Assembly (NCBI GenBank): GCA_012514745.1 | Contig: JAAYZR010000010.1 | Location: forward strand, 1,401-65,400 | Direction of reading: 5' to 3' | From: Candidatus Undivivens industriae | GTDB taxonomy: Bacteria; Omnitrophota; Gorgyraeia; Gygaellales; Profunditerraquicolaceae | DNA length: 64,000 nt | Shown here: positions 53,103 through 62,967 of the stretch, one piece after another | How positions within the stretch are numbered: the first letter of the stretch is position 1 | Layout: every line of letters starts with the position of its first letter | Program-made: the position numbers and the translations under genes | The notes under the pieces: model-generated | What the model was told of the DNA's origin: nothing | The model's input: only the letters and a program-made list of their open reading frames with translations | Databases searched by the model: none

Positions 53103-54833
53103 TTATCCGGTTATTTCCCGCAACTTTTTTTGGCCGAATTCCTCTACTTCCCTGCCGGTGGAAAGGCTGAGAACTCTCCCGGCGAATTCCTTCGCTTCAT
53201 CAAGGTTCAAAGAACGTATTATGTATTTTACCTCCGGTATGCCCAGAGAAGGCATGCTGAATTCATCCAGCCCTAATCCCAGCAATAAAGGGACGAACGC
53301 GGGATCGCCGGCCATTTCCCCGCACATGCCGACTTTTATGCCGCGCTCATGAGCGGCGCTGATGACGCCTTGTATCATACGCAGCACCGCCGGATGGCTG
53401 GGTTCATAAAGATAGGCGACCTTTTCGTTCGTGCGGTCCACCGCCAGCGAATACTGGATCAGATCGTTCGTTCCTATGCTGAAAAAGTCGGCTTCTCTGG
53501 AAAGCAGGTCGGCGGTGATCGCCGCGGAAGGCACCTCGATCATAACCCCCACTTCTATATTATCGCTGAACGGCGTGCCTTCGCGCTTCAGTTCGTCTTT
53601 CGCTTCCTGCAGTATCCTGTTAGCCTGCCTAAGTTCTTCTATGCCGGAGATCATCGGATACATCAACCGAAGACTGCCGTGCACCGAGGCCCGCAGTATG
53701 GCGCGCAGTTGGACCTTGAATATGTCCGTCCTGGCGAGACAGAAGCGTATAGCCCTCCAGCCCAGGAAGGGCTGCATTTCGCGCGGGATAGCGAACTGCG
53801 AAAGGAATTTGTCGCCCCCCAGGTCGATGGTGCGGATCGTCACCGGATAAGGCTTCATCTCCTCCGCCACATATTTATACGCCTGGTAATGCTCCTCCTC
53901 GGAAGGCAGGTCTTTCCTGTTCATATAAAAAAACTCGGTCCTGTAAAGCCCTATGCCCTTTGCCCCGTGGGCCTTTACCGCGGGGATCTCTTCCGGGAGC
54001 TCTATATTGGCGTGTATCTCGACGCACTTGCCGTCCTGCGTGACCGCGTCGAAATCCTTGACGGCCAGGAATTTCTCCCCGATCCCCTGCAGTTTACGAT
54101 ACTCTTCCTGATACTCGGCGAGAGTTTCCTGGTCCGGTTCGAGGATGACGATACCGGTGCTCCCGTCGACGATAAGCATATCGCCGTTCTTTATCTTGGA
54201 CGTCGCCGTTTCTGTCCCGACGACAGCCGGGATCTCCAGCGATTTTGCCATAATGGCGGTATGCGAGGTCTTGCCGCCGATGTCCGTCACGAACGCGCTG
54301 ACGTTTTGCTTGTGCATGGCGGCGGTGTCCGAAGGGGAAAGGTCGTGCGCCACCACTATGACCTTTTCCGTGAGCCCTTCCAGCCATTTGCCTTTCTTGC
54401 CGAGCAGATTGCGCATTACGCGTTTGCTGACGTCGTTTATATCGGAGATGCGCTCCTTTATGTATTCGTCCTCTATGCGGGAGAAGACCTCGACGTATTT
54501 CTTCATCACCTCGAAAAAGATAAAGGCGACGTTGAAACGTTCTTTTTTCAGGCGGGAGATCACCTCTTCAATGAGCATGCGGTCTTCGAGCACCAGCAGG
54601 TGCGCGTCGAATATCTGCGCCTGCTCCTGTCCCATGTCGGCGGCGATCCGCTTCTGCAGTTCTATGATCTCCTTGCGGGTCTTGATCAGGGCCTCTTCGA
54701 AGAGCTGTATCTCATAGGGAATATCCTGCTGGGATATCTCCTTTTTGGGGATATCGAACTCTTCCTTGCCTATCCTGTAGGCCTTACCCACCACGATCCC
54801 TGGAGCCGCGGCTATTCCTTGAAGCTTTATCAT
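53103..54833 (-). CDS. ptsI: phosphoenolpyruvate-protein phosphotransferase (PTS Enzyme I)
   Basis: 576 aa; phosphohistidine domain GGKTSHTAI and a PEP-utilising TIM barrel. Confidence 0.92.
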   Translation of the reverse strand: MIKLQGIAAAPGIVVGKAYRIGKEEFDIPKKEISQQDIPYEIQLFEEALIKTRKEIIELQKRIAADMGQEQAQIFDAHLLVLEDRMLIEEVISRLKKERFNVAFIFFEVMKKYVEVFSRIEDEYIKERISDINDVSKRVMRNLLGKKGKWLEGLTEKVIVVAHDLSPSDTAAMHKQNVSAFVTDIGGKTSHTAIMAKSLEIPAVVGTETATSKIKNGDMLIVDGSTGIVILEPDQETLAEYQEEYRKLQGIGEKFLAVKDFDAVTQDGKCVEIHANIELPEEIPAVKAHGAKGIGLYRTEFFYMNRKDLPSEEEHYQAYKYVAEEMKPYPVTIRTIDLGGDKFLSQFAIPREMQPFLGWRAIRFCLARTDIFKVQLRAILRASVHGSLRLMYPMISGIEELRQANRILQEAKDELKREGTPFSDNIEVGVMIEVPSAAITADLLSREADFFSIGTNDLIQYSLAVDRTNEKVAYLYEPSHPAVLRMIQGVISAAHERGIKVGMCGEMAGDPAFVPLLLGLGLDEFSMPSLGIPEVKYIIRSLNLDEAKEFAGRVLSLSTGREVEEFGQKKLREITG

Positions 54834-54837
54834 CTCT

Positions 54838-55101
54838 CTATTCCTCGGTATTTACTATCTTTTCCAGCTCGTTTAAAGCGTTCTCCGCGTCGTCGCCTTC
54901 AACCTCGATAACGATCTGCGTGCCGTTCTCAGCGCCCAGCATCAGGATGCCCATTATGGATTTACCGTTAACGGTCTCCTGGTCCCTGCGCACCGTCACG
55001 TGGGAATTGAACTTATTGGCTACCTGAACGAATAAAGCCGCGGGGCGGGCATGCAGCCCCTGTTTGTTCTTTACGGTAAGTTTTCTCTTTAAGTGTGCCA
55101 T
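54838..55101 (-). CDS. ptsH: phosphocarrier protein HPr
   Basis: The His15 region GLHARPAA and the Ser46 region GKSIMG. Confidence 0.9.
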   Translation of the reverse strand: MAHLKRKLTVKNKQGLHARPAALFVQVANKFNSHVTVRRDQETVNGKSIMGILMLGAENGTQIVIEVEGDDAENALNELEKIVNTEE

Positions 55102-55122
55102 ATCTATCGTCCCCGCAGCCGC

Positions 55123-56385
55123 TTATTCCTCAATCGTATCTATGATAAGCCTGGACAGCCTCGAAGTGTCGTGCCTGATCAAACTTTCCGCCAGCGCTAT
55201 TTCGTCTTCTATCACCCTGTATCCCATCTTGTGCACATTCTCCCTGTCGTTTATGACCGGGAAGGCGTTCATCTGGGTATATCTCCTCAATATCTGCGCC
55301 GGGATCTCTCCGGTATTGACCACGCAGTAATTAAGGATGCCCGGGTGGCTGTGCCTCACGAGGGTCTTGACGTGGTCCGAGAGCCTGTAATTATCGGTCT
55401 CTCCGGGTTGTGTCATCACGTTGCAAACGTATATCTTGACGGCTTCCGAAGCCACGATCGCAGAGGTGATCTCTTTTATCAGGAGATTCGGTATGATACT
55501 GGTATATAAAGAACCCGGCCCGAGTATTATCAACTGGGCTTCCTCTATTGCCCGCAGGGCTTCCGGCGTTGCCTGGGGATTGTCCGGCCTAAGCCTGACT
55601 TCCCTGATAGGCATACGGGCCTTGGGTATCTTGTCTTCCCCCACCGTGATGGAACCGTCCTGGTATTCGGCGGCCAGCACCACATTGGTCAAAGTCGAAG
55701 GAATGACCTGCCCGCGCAAAGCCAGAACCTTGCTGGTTTCCTTTATGGCCTTCTCGAAGTCCCCCGTGACCCTGGTCATCGCCGTGATGAACAGATTGCC
55801 GAAACTGTGCCCGGACAATTCCGAGGACTTGTCGAAACGGAACTGAAAAAGGTCCCGCATCAGCGCAGGCGCGTCCGCCAGCGCAACCAGACAATTCCGT
55901 ATATCGCCCGGAGGCAGGATGTCGAACTGCTGTCTTAATCTGCCGGAAGACCCGCCGTCGTCGGCCACGGTAACTATCGCAGTGATGTTGGAACTGTATT
56001 CCTTTAGCCCGCTCAAGAGCACGGAAAGTCCGGTCCCTCCGCCGACCGCCACGATCTTCGGCCCGCGGGAGAGCTGCTTACGCTGGTAGAGCAGATCGAC
56101 GAGTTCCGTATCCCTGGAAGACGGGACGAACACGCTCACCAAAGAACGGACCAGGCGTTTTACGCTGAGGATGAGGATTACGATGCCGCAGAACACGGTG
56201 ACCGCGTCGAACGCCCTTATCAGCCAGTATTCGGCGCTGCGGAAGCGCAGAGCGCCGGCCATAAGCAGGCAGACCGCAAAACTGGCCAGCCCTATCCACC
56301 GTTTTATCCCCATGCCCGGGTAGAACCATTTCAGAAAAGCCCCGGCCTTGGGATTGAGGTAGCTCACTTCAAATCTTTTTTTCAT
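55123..56385 (-). CDS. YvcK/CofD-like (UPF0052, gluconeogenesis-factor family) protein with an N-terminal two-helix membrane anchor
   Basis: Two TM segments, then a CofD-like core (IVAVGGGTGLSVLLSGLK...GPGSLYTSI). Confidence 0.75.
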   Translation of the reverse strand: MKKRFEVSYLNPKAGAFLKWFYPGMGIKRWIGLASFAVCLLMAGALRFRSAEYWLIRAFDAVTVFCGIVILILSVKRLVRSLVSVFVPSSRDTELVDLLYQRKQLSRGPKIVAVGGGTGLSVLLSGLKEYSSNITAIVTVADDGGSSGRLRQQFDILPPGDIRNCLVALADAPALMRDLFQFRFDKSSELSGHSFGNLFITAMTRVTGDFEKAIKETSKVLALRGQVIPSTLTNVVLAAEYQDGSITVGEDKIPKARMPIREVRLRPDNPQATPEALRAIEEAQLIILGPGSLYTSIIPNLLIKEITSAIVASEAVKIYVCNVMTQPGETDNYRLSDHVKTLVRHSHPGILNYCVVNTGEIPAQILRRYTQMNAFPVINDRENVHKMGYRVIEDEIALAESLIRHDTSRLSRLIIDTIEE

Positions 56386-56839
56386 CCTCTTGGCTGATTA
56401 TGCGGATAATCGCTTTATCGTCGGCGCAAGAACGCAGGCTGTCTCTAAAATATTTGTCTTTCAGCAGGCGGGAAATTCTTGCCAGGGCCTTCAGGTGCGG
56501 TCCGGCAGAATCCTGCGGGGCAAGCAGCAGGAAAAATATGTATGCAGGTTCCCCGTCGAGAGAATCAAAATCTATACCCTTGCGCGATAAGGCGAAAGCC
56601 GCGACCAGTTTCTCTACGCAGTCGCATTTCGCGTGAGGGATAGCCACTCCCTGTCCGATGGCGGTGGAGCCGAGCGCTTCCCTGGCCATGAGCGCTTCGC
56701 AAAGCTTGGCGCGATGGCGCTTGTCAACTTCTCCGGCTTCGACCAGGGCGTCCACCATCTCCTTTATCACATCTTCCTTCTTGACGGATTTTATGTCGGT
56801 AAGTATCGCTTTTTGAGACAGAAACTCGAGTATTTTCAT
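56369..56839 (-). CDS. ptsN: PTS EIIA-Ntr (fructose-type IIA, nitrogen-regulatory)
   Basis: Carries the active-site His motif GVAIPHAK. The start is reassigned to MKILEF (56839), preceded by AAAGGAGAAGG. Confidence 0.8.
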   Translation of the reverse strand: MKILEFLSQKAILTDIKSVKKEDVIKEMVDALVEAGEVDKRHRAKLCEALMAREALGSTAIGQGVAIPHAKCDCVEKLVAAFALSRKGIDFDSLDGEPAYIFFLLLAPQDSAGPHLKALARISRLLKDKYFRDSLRSCADDKAIIRIISQEDEKKI

Positions 56840-56950
56840 TCTTCCTTCTCCTTTAGGATTCAACCTTGGACCCCGGCGCAGTATGCCGCGATCAAGATTA
56901 TATACTGAAAACCAGAAAACAGCGCCGCTTATGCGCGCCGGCGGATGGAA

Positions 56951-57027
<77 letters not shown>

Positions 57028-57195
57028 AAATCATCCGCAGTGCCGCATCATACGGGCCGCTTTACTTTAAGATTGTCAATTTGAAACACCGCGAAGGGCG
57101 CGGTTTCAGCGCCGTCGAAGTATAATAAACCCGTCACCGAATAAAATCAATACCGTTTTTACGACGGCGCACTGTTCCACCCTTTAAAAAGAAAA

Positions 57196-57277
57196 TGGGC
57201 GGAAGAGGATTTGAACCTCCAAGGGTTGCCCCAGCAGCTCCTAAGGCTGCCGCGTCTGCCAATTTCGCCATCCGCCC
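57196..57277 (-). tRNA. tRNA-Leu (TAG), long variable arm, CCA not encoded
   Basis: The reverse complement gives GGGCGGA acceptor, anticodon loop CTTAGGA, and a long variable arm TGGGGCAACCCTTGG. Confidence 0.85.
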
Positions 57278-57308
57278 GTAGTGCGGTTCTTTAAACAGCG
57301 CGCAGAGC

Positions 57309-57328
57309 CCGCCAAAGTTTCAGTGGCG
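57309..57328. repeat. arm 1 of a 22-bp perfect inverted repeat (CGCCAAAGTTTCAGTGGCGGAC) bracketing tRNA-Lys
   Basis: Exact reverse-complement partner at 57690-57710; each arm is also a local hairpin (CGCCA/UGGCG). Confidence 0.7.
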
Positions 57329-57549
57329 GACGGCCTGATCCCGATTCTCGATTATCAGAAAGTTATGTAACAATTTAGTAGTTTCTGCGCGAACTCTGTT
57401 CGAAAGACACGCCCCCGGCACGCCGGCCGGCGGTCACGGTGTAACGAGCGTATTGTTTTACGTCTTGGGCATGAAGCAAGGCGTTAAAAGAACTTTCCGT
57501 GCCCGGCCGTTCTTAACTCCGCGCTCCCTGTTCAAGACTTGTACAATAA

Positions 57550-57625
57550 TGGTGAGCCACCCGCGACTCGAACGCGGCACACCCACCTTAAAAGGGTGGT
57601 GCTCTACCGGATGAGCTAGTGGCCC
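57550..57625 (-). tRNA. tRNA-Lys (TTT)
   Basis: The reverse complement gives GGGCCAC acceptor, anticodon loop CTTTTAA, GGTTCGAGTCC T-arm, and an encoded CCA. Confidence 0.88.
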
Positions 57626-57689
57626 GGAAAACCTGTCAAATTGGATATCCCCGGTCTAAAAACAAATAAAATACCGGCAGCGGCTTATG

Positions 57690-57710
57690 TCCGCCACTGA
57701 AACTTTGGCG
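57690..57710. repeat. arm 2 of the 22-bp inverted repeat bracketing tRNA-Lys
   Basis: Reverse complement of 57309-57328. Confidence 0.7.
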
Positions 57711-57787
57711 AGACTAAAATAAGGGTATCGTAACCGGGAAACGACAACCGGGGATTTCTACCGGCATTCGCTGATTCTGCGCTGCGC

Positions 57788-58348
57788 TCAAGATTCCAAT
57801 ACTTCTTTTTCCTTAGACTTAAGCAATTCGTCTATCTTGGCGATATACTTATCTACGGCTTTCTGCAATTCTTCCGCCGCCCTGAATTTGTCGTCCTCGC
57901 TGATCAACTTGTCCTTTTCGCTTTTTTCAAGGGCTTCTTTGGCGTCGCGCCTGACCGTGCGCAGCGAAACCCGCCCCTCCTCCGCCATCTTATGCACCAC
58001 CTTGGCGAGTTCCTGCCTTCGTTCCTTGGAAAGCTGCGGAATGGAAAGCCTGACCACCTTGCCGTCGTTGCAGGGCTGGATACCGAGACTGGATTTCGCG
58101 ATGGCTTTCTCTATCTCCGTTATCGCCGAAATGTCCCAGGGCTGGATCATTATCATGTGGGGATCGGGAACGGTTATGGACGCCAACTGCTTCATCAAAG
58201 TAGGCGTGCCGTAATAATCCACGTGCAGGCCTTCCACCATGCCCGGACTCGCCCTGCCGGTCCTGATTTCGGAAAATTCCCTTGTTACCGACTCCAGCGC
58301 CTTCTTTAACTTATCTTCAGCCCCGTGCAATATTTCTTTAGTGGTCAT
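57788..58348 (-). CDS. frr: ribosome recycling factor
   Basis: The protein starts MTTKEILHGAEDKLKKALES; start at 58348. Confidence 0.9.
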   Translation of the reverse strand: MTTKEILHGAEDKLKKALESVTREFSEIRTGRASPGMVEGLHVDYYGTPTLMKQLASITVPDPHMIMIQPWDISAITEIEKAIAKSSLGIQPCNDGKVVRLSIPQLSKERRQELAKVVHKMAEEGRVSLRTVRRDAKEALEKSEKDKLISEDDKFRAAEELQKAVDKYIAKIDELLKSKEKEVLES

Positions 58349-58400
58349 CGCATCCCCCGTTCGCTGCCCGGACAGGCACAAACGAATATTTTCCGCCTGT

Positions 58401-59129
58401 TCAGCTTACTATCGTGCCGATTCTTTCTCCCAAAACTACCTTCCTGATATTACCTTCTTTGTTCATATTAAAAACCACGATGGGAAGTTTATTATCCATA
58501 CAGAGGCTTACCGCGGTATTATCCATCACCTTAAGCCCTTTTTTCAGGACATCCAGATATTTAAGGCTTCCGAATTTCTTGGCTCCCCGGGTCTTCAGGG
58601 GATCGGCGGAATAGACGCCGTCAACCTTCGTCGCCTTCAATATCGCTTCGGCGTGTATTTCCATCGCCCTTAAAGCCGCGGCGGTATCCGTGGTAAAATA
58701 AGGATTGCCGGTCCCGGCCACGAAGATCACTATCCTGTTCTTTTCCAAATGCCTGATAGCGCGCCGCCTTATATAAGGCTCGGCCACCCTCTGCATCTCT
58801 ATCGCCGTCATCACCCTGGTCGGAACACCGGATATTTCAAGCGCGTTCTGAAGCGCCAGGCCGTTGATAACCGTGGCCAGCATTCCCATATAATCGGCAA
58901 CGGCGCGGTCCATATTAAGGCCGCGCGAATGGGAATTCTCCCGCCCGCGGAAAATATTGCCTCCCCCCAGAACCACGGCGACCTGGACACCCATAGCCCG
59001 TAATTCCGTGAGCTGGCCGGCCAAAGAAACCAGGACCCTGCTGTCTATTCCATGACTGCCGCCGCCCTGCAAAGCCTCTCCGCTGAGCTTCAGCACTATC
59101 CGTTTATAAACGGCCTGGGGTATTTTCAT
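58401..59129 (-). CDS. pyrH: UMP kinase
   Basis: [10 protein letters not shown]...[11 protein letters not shown]. The start is reassigned to MKIPQ (59129); its ATG overlaps the tsf TGA. Confidence 0.9.
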   Translation of the reverse strand: MKIPQAVYKRIVLKLSGEALQGGGSHGIDSRVLVSLAGQLTELRAMGVQVAVVLGGGNIFRGRENSHSRGLNMDRAVADYMGMLATVINGLALQNALEISGVPTRVMTAIEMQRVAEPYIRRRAIRHLEKNRIVIFVAGTGNPYFTTDTAAALRAMEIHAEAILKATKVDGVYSADPLKTRGAKKFGSLKYLDVLKKGLKVMDNTAVSLCMDNKLPIVVFNMNKEGNIRKVVLGERIGTIVS

Positions 59130-59650
59130 GCTCCGATCTTGTATCTGGCGAACCGGCGTATCATTATGTTCTCGCGGAACTTGGCCAGCAAAGCCGCCAT
59201 ATAGTCGTTTATCGTCATACCCGGATCCTTGATGAACGGCTGCTCGAGAAGGCAGTGGTTTTTGTAATAAGCCGCCTTGTCGTGCTCCTGGGAAATGATC
59301 TCCTCGGGAACATCTTCTCTCTTTATATAAGACGGATTGCAGGCCGCGATCTGCATTGCCAGGTCTTTGGTGAATTGGCAGAACTCGGCGTTGCGGGCCA
59401 CGAAATCGGTTTCGCACACCACTTCCAGCAGCACCCCGATCTTGTTGCCGTTATGGATATACGCTTCCACCCTGCCTTCCTTAGCCGCCCGATCCTGTTT
59501 ATTGGAAGCTATCTCCAGCCCCCTTTTACGCAATAGGGTCACCGCCTTATTCAGGTCGCCTTCCGCTTCCTCAAGGGCCTTCTTGCAGTCAGCCACGCTG
59601 GCAAAAGTCATATTTCTCAAATCTTTCAACTGTTCTAACGATATCTTCAT
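59126..59650 (-). CDS. tsf: elongation factor Ts (short form)
   Basis: MMDCKKAL-like UBA N-terminus and the [10 protein letters not shown] core; 174 aa. Confidence 0.85.
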   Translation of the reverse strand: MKISLEQLKDLRNMTFASVADCKKALEEAEGDLNKAVTLLRKRGLEIASNKQDRAAKEGRVEAYIHNGNKIGVLLEVVCETDFVARNAEFCQFTKDLAMQIAACNPSYIKREDVPEEIISQEHDKAAYYKNHCLLEQPFIKDPGMTINDYMAALLAKFRENIMIRRFARYKIGA

Positions 59651-59655
59651 CGGAA

Positions 59656-60546
59656 TTACGCCTTTCTTTTATTCTTATCTTCGACCGGCTTGATGCGGGA
59701 CTTCTTTGCCGCTTTAGCTTCCGCGCTCTCCGGTGTCGTGCTCTCGATCAGTTCCTCGATCTCCTTGATCTTGACTTCTTCTTCCGGTTTCACCGCCGGT
59801 TCATCAAGGGCCGCCTGCTGGGCAACGTTCTTCAAAGCCTCCTGATCGGAAAGATAAGAAAGGAATTTCTGCCTGCCTTCCACCACGGCTTCCGCCAGCA
59901 TACTCACGATCACCTTGATGGACTTGGTGGCGTCATCATTCCCGGGTACCGGATAATCGATGGGCGTCGGATCGGAATTGGTATCCACCAGGGCGATTAT
60001 CGGGATACCGAGCTTCAATGCCTCGAGTACTGCCGTATCTTCCTTGTTCGTGTCTATGACTACTACGGCGGCCGGCATCTTCTCCATATTCACGATCCCG
60101 GAGAAGTTCTTCCTGAGCTTCAAGCACTCTTTCTCCAGCCGGGAGACCTCTTTCTTGGTGAGCTTCTCGAACGTCCCGTCAGTGCGCATCTTATCGATTT
60201 CCTTGAGGCGCTTGATGCTCTTTTTAACCGTGGCAAAATTGGTAAGCATACCGCCCGGCCATCTTTCCGTAACGTAATACATCCCGCAGCGCGCCGCATC
60301 CTGGAACACGACTTCCTGGGCCTGTTTCTTTGTCCCGACGAACAGAATCATCTCCCCTTTAGCCGCGGACTCCATCAGGAATTCCCTGGCTCTGTCAAGG
60401 CACTCGCTGGTCTTTTCCAGGTCTATAATGTAGATCCCGCTGCGCTGTCCGAAGATGAACTTCTTCATCTTGGGGTTCCAGCGGGACGTCTTATGACCGA
60501 AATGCACCCCTGCTTCAAGTAACTGCTTTATGGTTTCCGTTGACAA
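59656..60546 (-). CDS. rpsB: 30S ribosomal protein S2 with a Lys/Glu-rich C-terminal extension
   Basis: The LEAGVHFGHKTSRWNPKM S2 signature. Confidence 0.92.
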   Translation of the reverse strand: MSTETIKQLLEAGVHFGHKTSRWNPKMKKFIFGQRSGIYIIDLEKTSECLDRAREFLMESAAKGEMILFVGTKKQAQEVVFQDAARCGMYYVTERWPGGMLTNFATVKKSIKRLKEIDKMRTDGTFEKLTKKEVSRLEKECLKLRKNFSGIVNMEKMPAAVVVIDTNKEDTAVLEALKLGIPIIALVDTNSDPTPIDYPVPGNDDATKSIKVIVSMLAEAVVEGRQKFLSYLSDQEALKNVAQQAALDEPAVKPEEEVKIKEIEELIESTTPESAEAKAAKKSRIKPVEDKNKRKA

Positions 60547-60825
60547 CTTTACTCCTCCTTGCTCGCCGCCTTCACCTGCCCGGGGGCAGCCCGCGTTTCA
60601 GCTTGCGGGATGTAGGAAAGGCTTTGTTAGGATTTTATCCCCACATTGTCTTTGCTTCAATCCGCCGCGCCGGCTTTCAGCCGCCGCGGATTTCTGTTTT
60701 TTGACGGGATAAGCGTGTTTTTCCGCCTGATTCCCAAATTAAACTGTTATTTTAACACAAAAACCCTTTTATGCAATAAAAAATTTTTTGTTCCGGGGAC
60801 ACAATACTTAACTCTTTCACACTGG

Positions 60826-61073
60826 TGAACACCTACCTCTCCTTTAAAGGCAGGGTGTTCCCCGTAAGGGAACACTTGCCCAATTCCCCACAAGGACAGG
60901 GTGTTATCCCGAGGGGAACACTTGCCCAATTCCCCGCAAGGGCAAGGTGTTATTCCCATAGGCTAAGGTATAACACACAAGTGTATACTTAGCCATCCTA
61001 TTGGCTAAAGTACAACCCGGGTTAAAACCCGGTGATTTCTGGGCGAAGGGAAAAGATCTGTAAAAACCGGAGA
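60826..61073. repeat. hairpin-rich structured repeat element, downstream copy (carries an extra 47-nt tandem unit)
   Basis: ~88% identical to 62968-63165. It contains tandem 47-nt units, each a 14-bp hairpin (GGCAAGGUGUUCCC / GGGAACACUUGCC) plus further hairpins including CCCGGGUU-UUAA-CCCGGG. Compensatory changes are visible between the two copies. Confidence 0.75.
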
Positions 61074-61128
61074 GCTCTGCGGTTTGAGGAAACCCCATAA
61101 CCCGATACCAAAGAACTGCCTTTTATTA

Positions 61129-62919
61129 TCACTCCGCTAATTCCTGCATCCGGCAAAGCCTGTTGTACAGGCCTTTGTTCTTTATCAATTCTTCGTGCGT
61201 GCCGATCTCAACGATCCTGCCGTTCTCAAGCGCGATTATCCGGTCTGCGTGGCGCACCGTGGAAAGCCTGTGCGCGATAAGCAAAACCGTACGCCCGCTT
61301 ATCAGACGGTCTATCGCCTGCTGAACCAGTCTCTCCGATTCTGCGTCCAGTTGGGAAGTAGCTTCATCCAGGATCAGTATAGGCGGATTCTTAAGCAGGG
61401 CCCTGGCGATCGCCAGCCTCTGCCTTTCTCCGCCGGAAATCATCATACCGCGGTCGCCTATCACAGTATCGTAGCCCTTGGGAAAACGCATGATGAAATC
61501 ATGCGCGCAGGCCTGTGTGGCCGCCGCGATGACCTGTTCAAAAGATGCTTGAGGCTGGCCGTAGGATATGTTGGCTTTAATGGTATCGTTGAAAAGTATG
61601 GTCTCCTGGCTCACTATACCTATATTGCTTCGCAAAGAAACGATGCTGAAGTCCCTGATGTCCCTGCCGTCTATCAATATAGAACCCTGCTGGGGGTCAT
61701 AAAAACGCGGCAGCAAATCCAGCAAAGTGGTTTTGCCTGCCCCGCTGGGGCCTACGACCGCCACGACCTCACCTTTAGAGACCTTGAAACTAACGTTGTC
61801 TATGACCTTTTTCTTGTCGTAGGCGAAATGCACGCCGTTAAATTCTATTCTTTGTGCCAGCCCCCGCATTTCAACAGCCCCCGGTTTTTCCGCGATGGAA
61901 GGGACGGCGTCCAGCACTTCGTATATACGGATGCCGGCGGCAACCGCCTGCTGGTTAAGGGAATTAACGGCGCTGAGCTTCTTGAACGGCCTGATCAAAG
62001 AGAGTAAAGAAGCCAAAAAAAGCCCCAGGATACCGAAAGAGAGCTTGCCGGCTATCACCTCCCTGCCTCCCCAGAAAAATACGAACACCCCGGCCAGGCA
62101 TCCCAAAAACTCCGTGGCCGGGCTCAAAATGAGCGTCCGTTTTATCGACTTCATGGAGATACGGAAATAATCCTGGTTGGCGGCGGCAAACCGTTTCTTC
62201 TCGTATTCTTCCATGTTGAACGCCTTGACTATCCGCGCGCCGATTATCGTTTCGTAAAGCAAGGAATTTATGTCGGCCATCTTCTCCTGCCCCCGCCGGG
62301 AAAGTTTACGGAGGACCCGCCCGACCTTTATTATAGGAAAACTGATAAGCGGGCAGATCACCAGTATTATCAAAGCGAGCTTCGCGTAGATGAAAAACGC
62401 CATTACCGCGAAAATCACTACCTGCAGGCTCTGATATACCAGGTCCGTGGAACCGTAAGAAACGGCGTTCTCCACCAGCCTGACGTCGTTGGTTATACGG
62501 GAGATCATCTCGCCGCCGCGTTTATGCGTGAAGTAATCCAGCGAAAGCGAGTGGAACTTGGAATAAAGAAGCGACCGGATATCCCTTATCACTCTTTGTC
62601 CGAGATCGGACATAAGATAACTCTGCAGAAAGGTAAAAACCTCTTTGAGAAAAAAAAGCACAATGATGAAAACAGCCAGATAATTGAGCAGGGTCTGCTG
62701 AGGCATCCCGTTCAGCATCACGACGAAATCGGCCAGAAAACCCGGGACTTTCCCGGGCAAAACGATCTGTTTGTTCGTCATCACCTTATCCGCCAGCGGC
62801 ACCATCATCGCCAGCGATACCCCGTCGAAAAGAGCGGAAATCGCCATGCAGAATACCGCCGCCGTAAAAAGCGCCCAGTAAGGTTTTACGAAACGAAACA
62901 GCCTTAAATAATCTCTCAT
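61129..62919 (-). CDS. ABC transporter, fused permease/ATP-binding (MsbA-like lipid A / lipid exporter family)
   Basis: Six-TM domain followed by an NBD with Walker A (GPSGAGKTT), the signature LSGGERQRLAIARAL, and Walker B (ILILDEATS). The start is set at MRDYLRL (62919); the ORF-track N-terminus at 63105 is a translation of the repeat element. Confidence 0.85.
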   Translation of the reverse strand: MRDYLRLFRFVKPYWALFTAAVFCMAISALFDGVSLAMMVPLADKVMTNKQIVLPGKVPGFLADFVVMLNGMPQQTLLNYLAVFIIVLFFLKEVFTFLQSYLMSDLGQRVIRDIRSLLYSKFHSLSLDYFTHKRGGEMISRITNDVRLVENAVSYGSTDLVYQSLQVVIFAVMAFFIYAKLALIILVICPLISFPIIKVGRVLRKLSRRGQEKMADINSLLYETIIGARIVKAFNMEEYEKKRFAAANQDYFRISMKSIKRTLILSPATEFLGCLAGVFVFFWGGREVIAGKLSFGILGLFLASLLSLIRPFKKLSAVNSLNQQAVAAGIRIYEVLDAVPSIAEKPGAVEMRGLAQRIEFNGVHFAYDKKKVIDNVSFKVSKGEVVAVVGPSGAGKTTLLDLLPRFYDPQQGSILIDGRDIRDFSIVSLRSNIGIVSQETILFNDTIKANISYGQPQASFEQVIAAATQACAHDFIMRFPKGYDTVIGDRGMMISGGERQRLAIARALLKNPPILILDEATSQLDAESERLVQQAIDRLISGRTVLLIAHRLSTVRHADRIIALENGRIVEIGTHEELIKNKGLYNRLCRMQELAE

Positions 62920-62967
62920 ATTGTTAAGAAAAATGTGGTTCCCCGGACTGATTCCTGACAAGCCTTG

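Noticed and set aside
53349-54911. 520-aa plus-strand ORF antisense to ptsI; similar long antisense ORFs occur at 3809-4816, 6269-7321, 16857-18242 and 47361-48854
   Set aside because: The minus-strand genes they overlap carry unmistakable conserved motifs. The antisense frames translate into low-complexity sequence rich in R/G/P/H with no recognisable domains.
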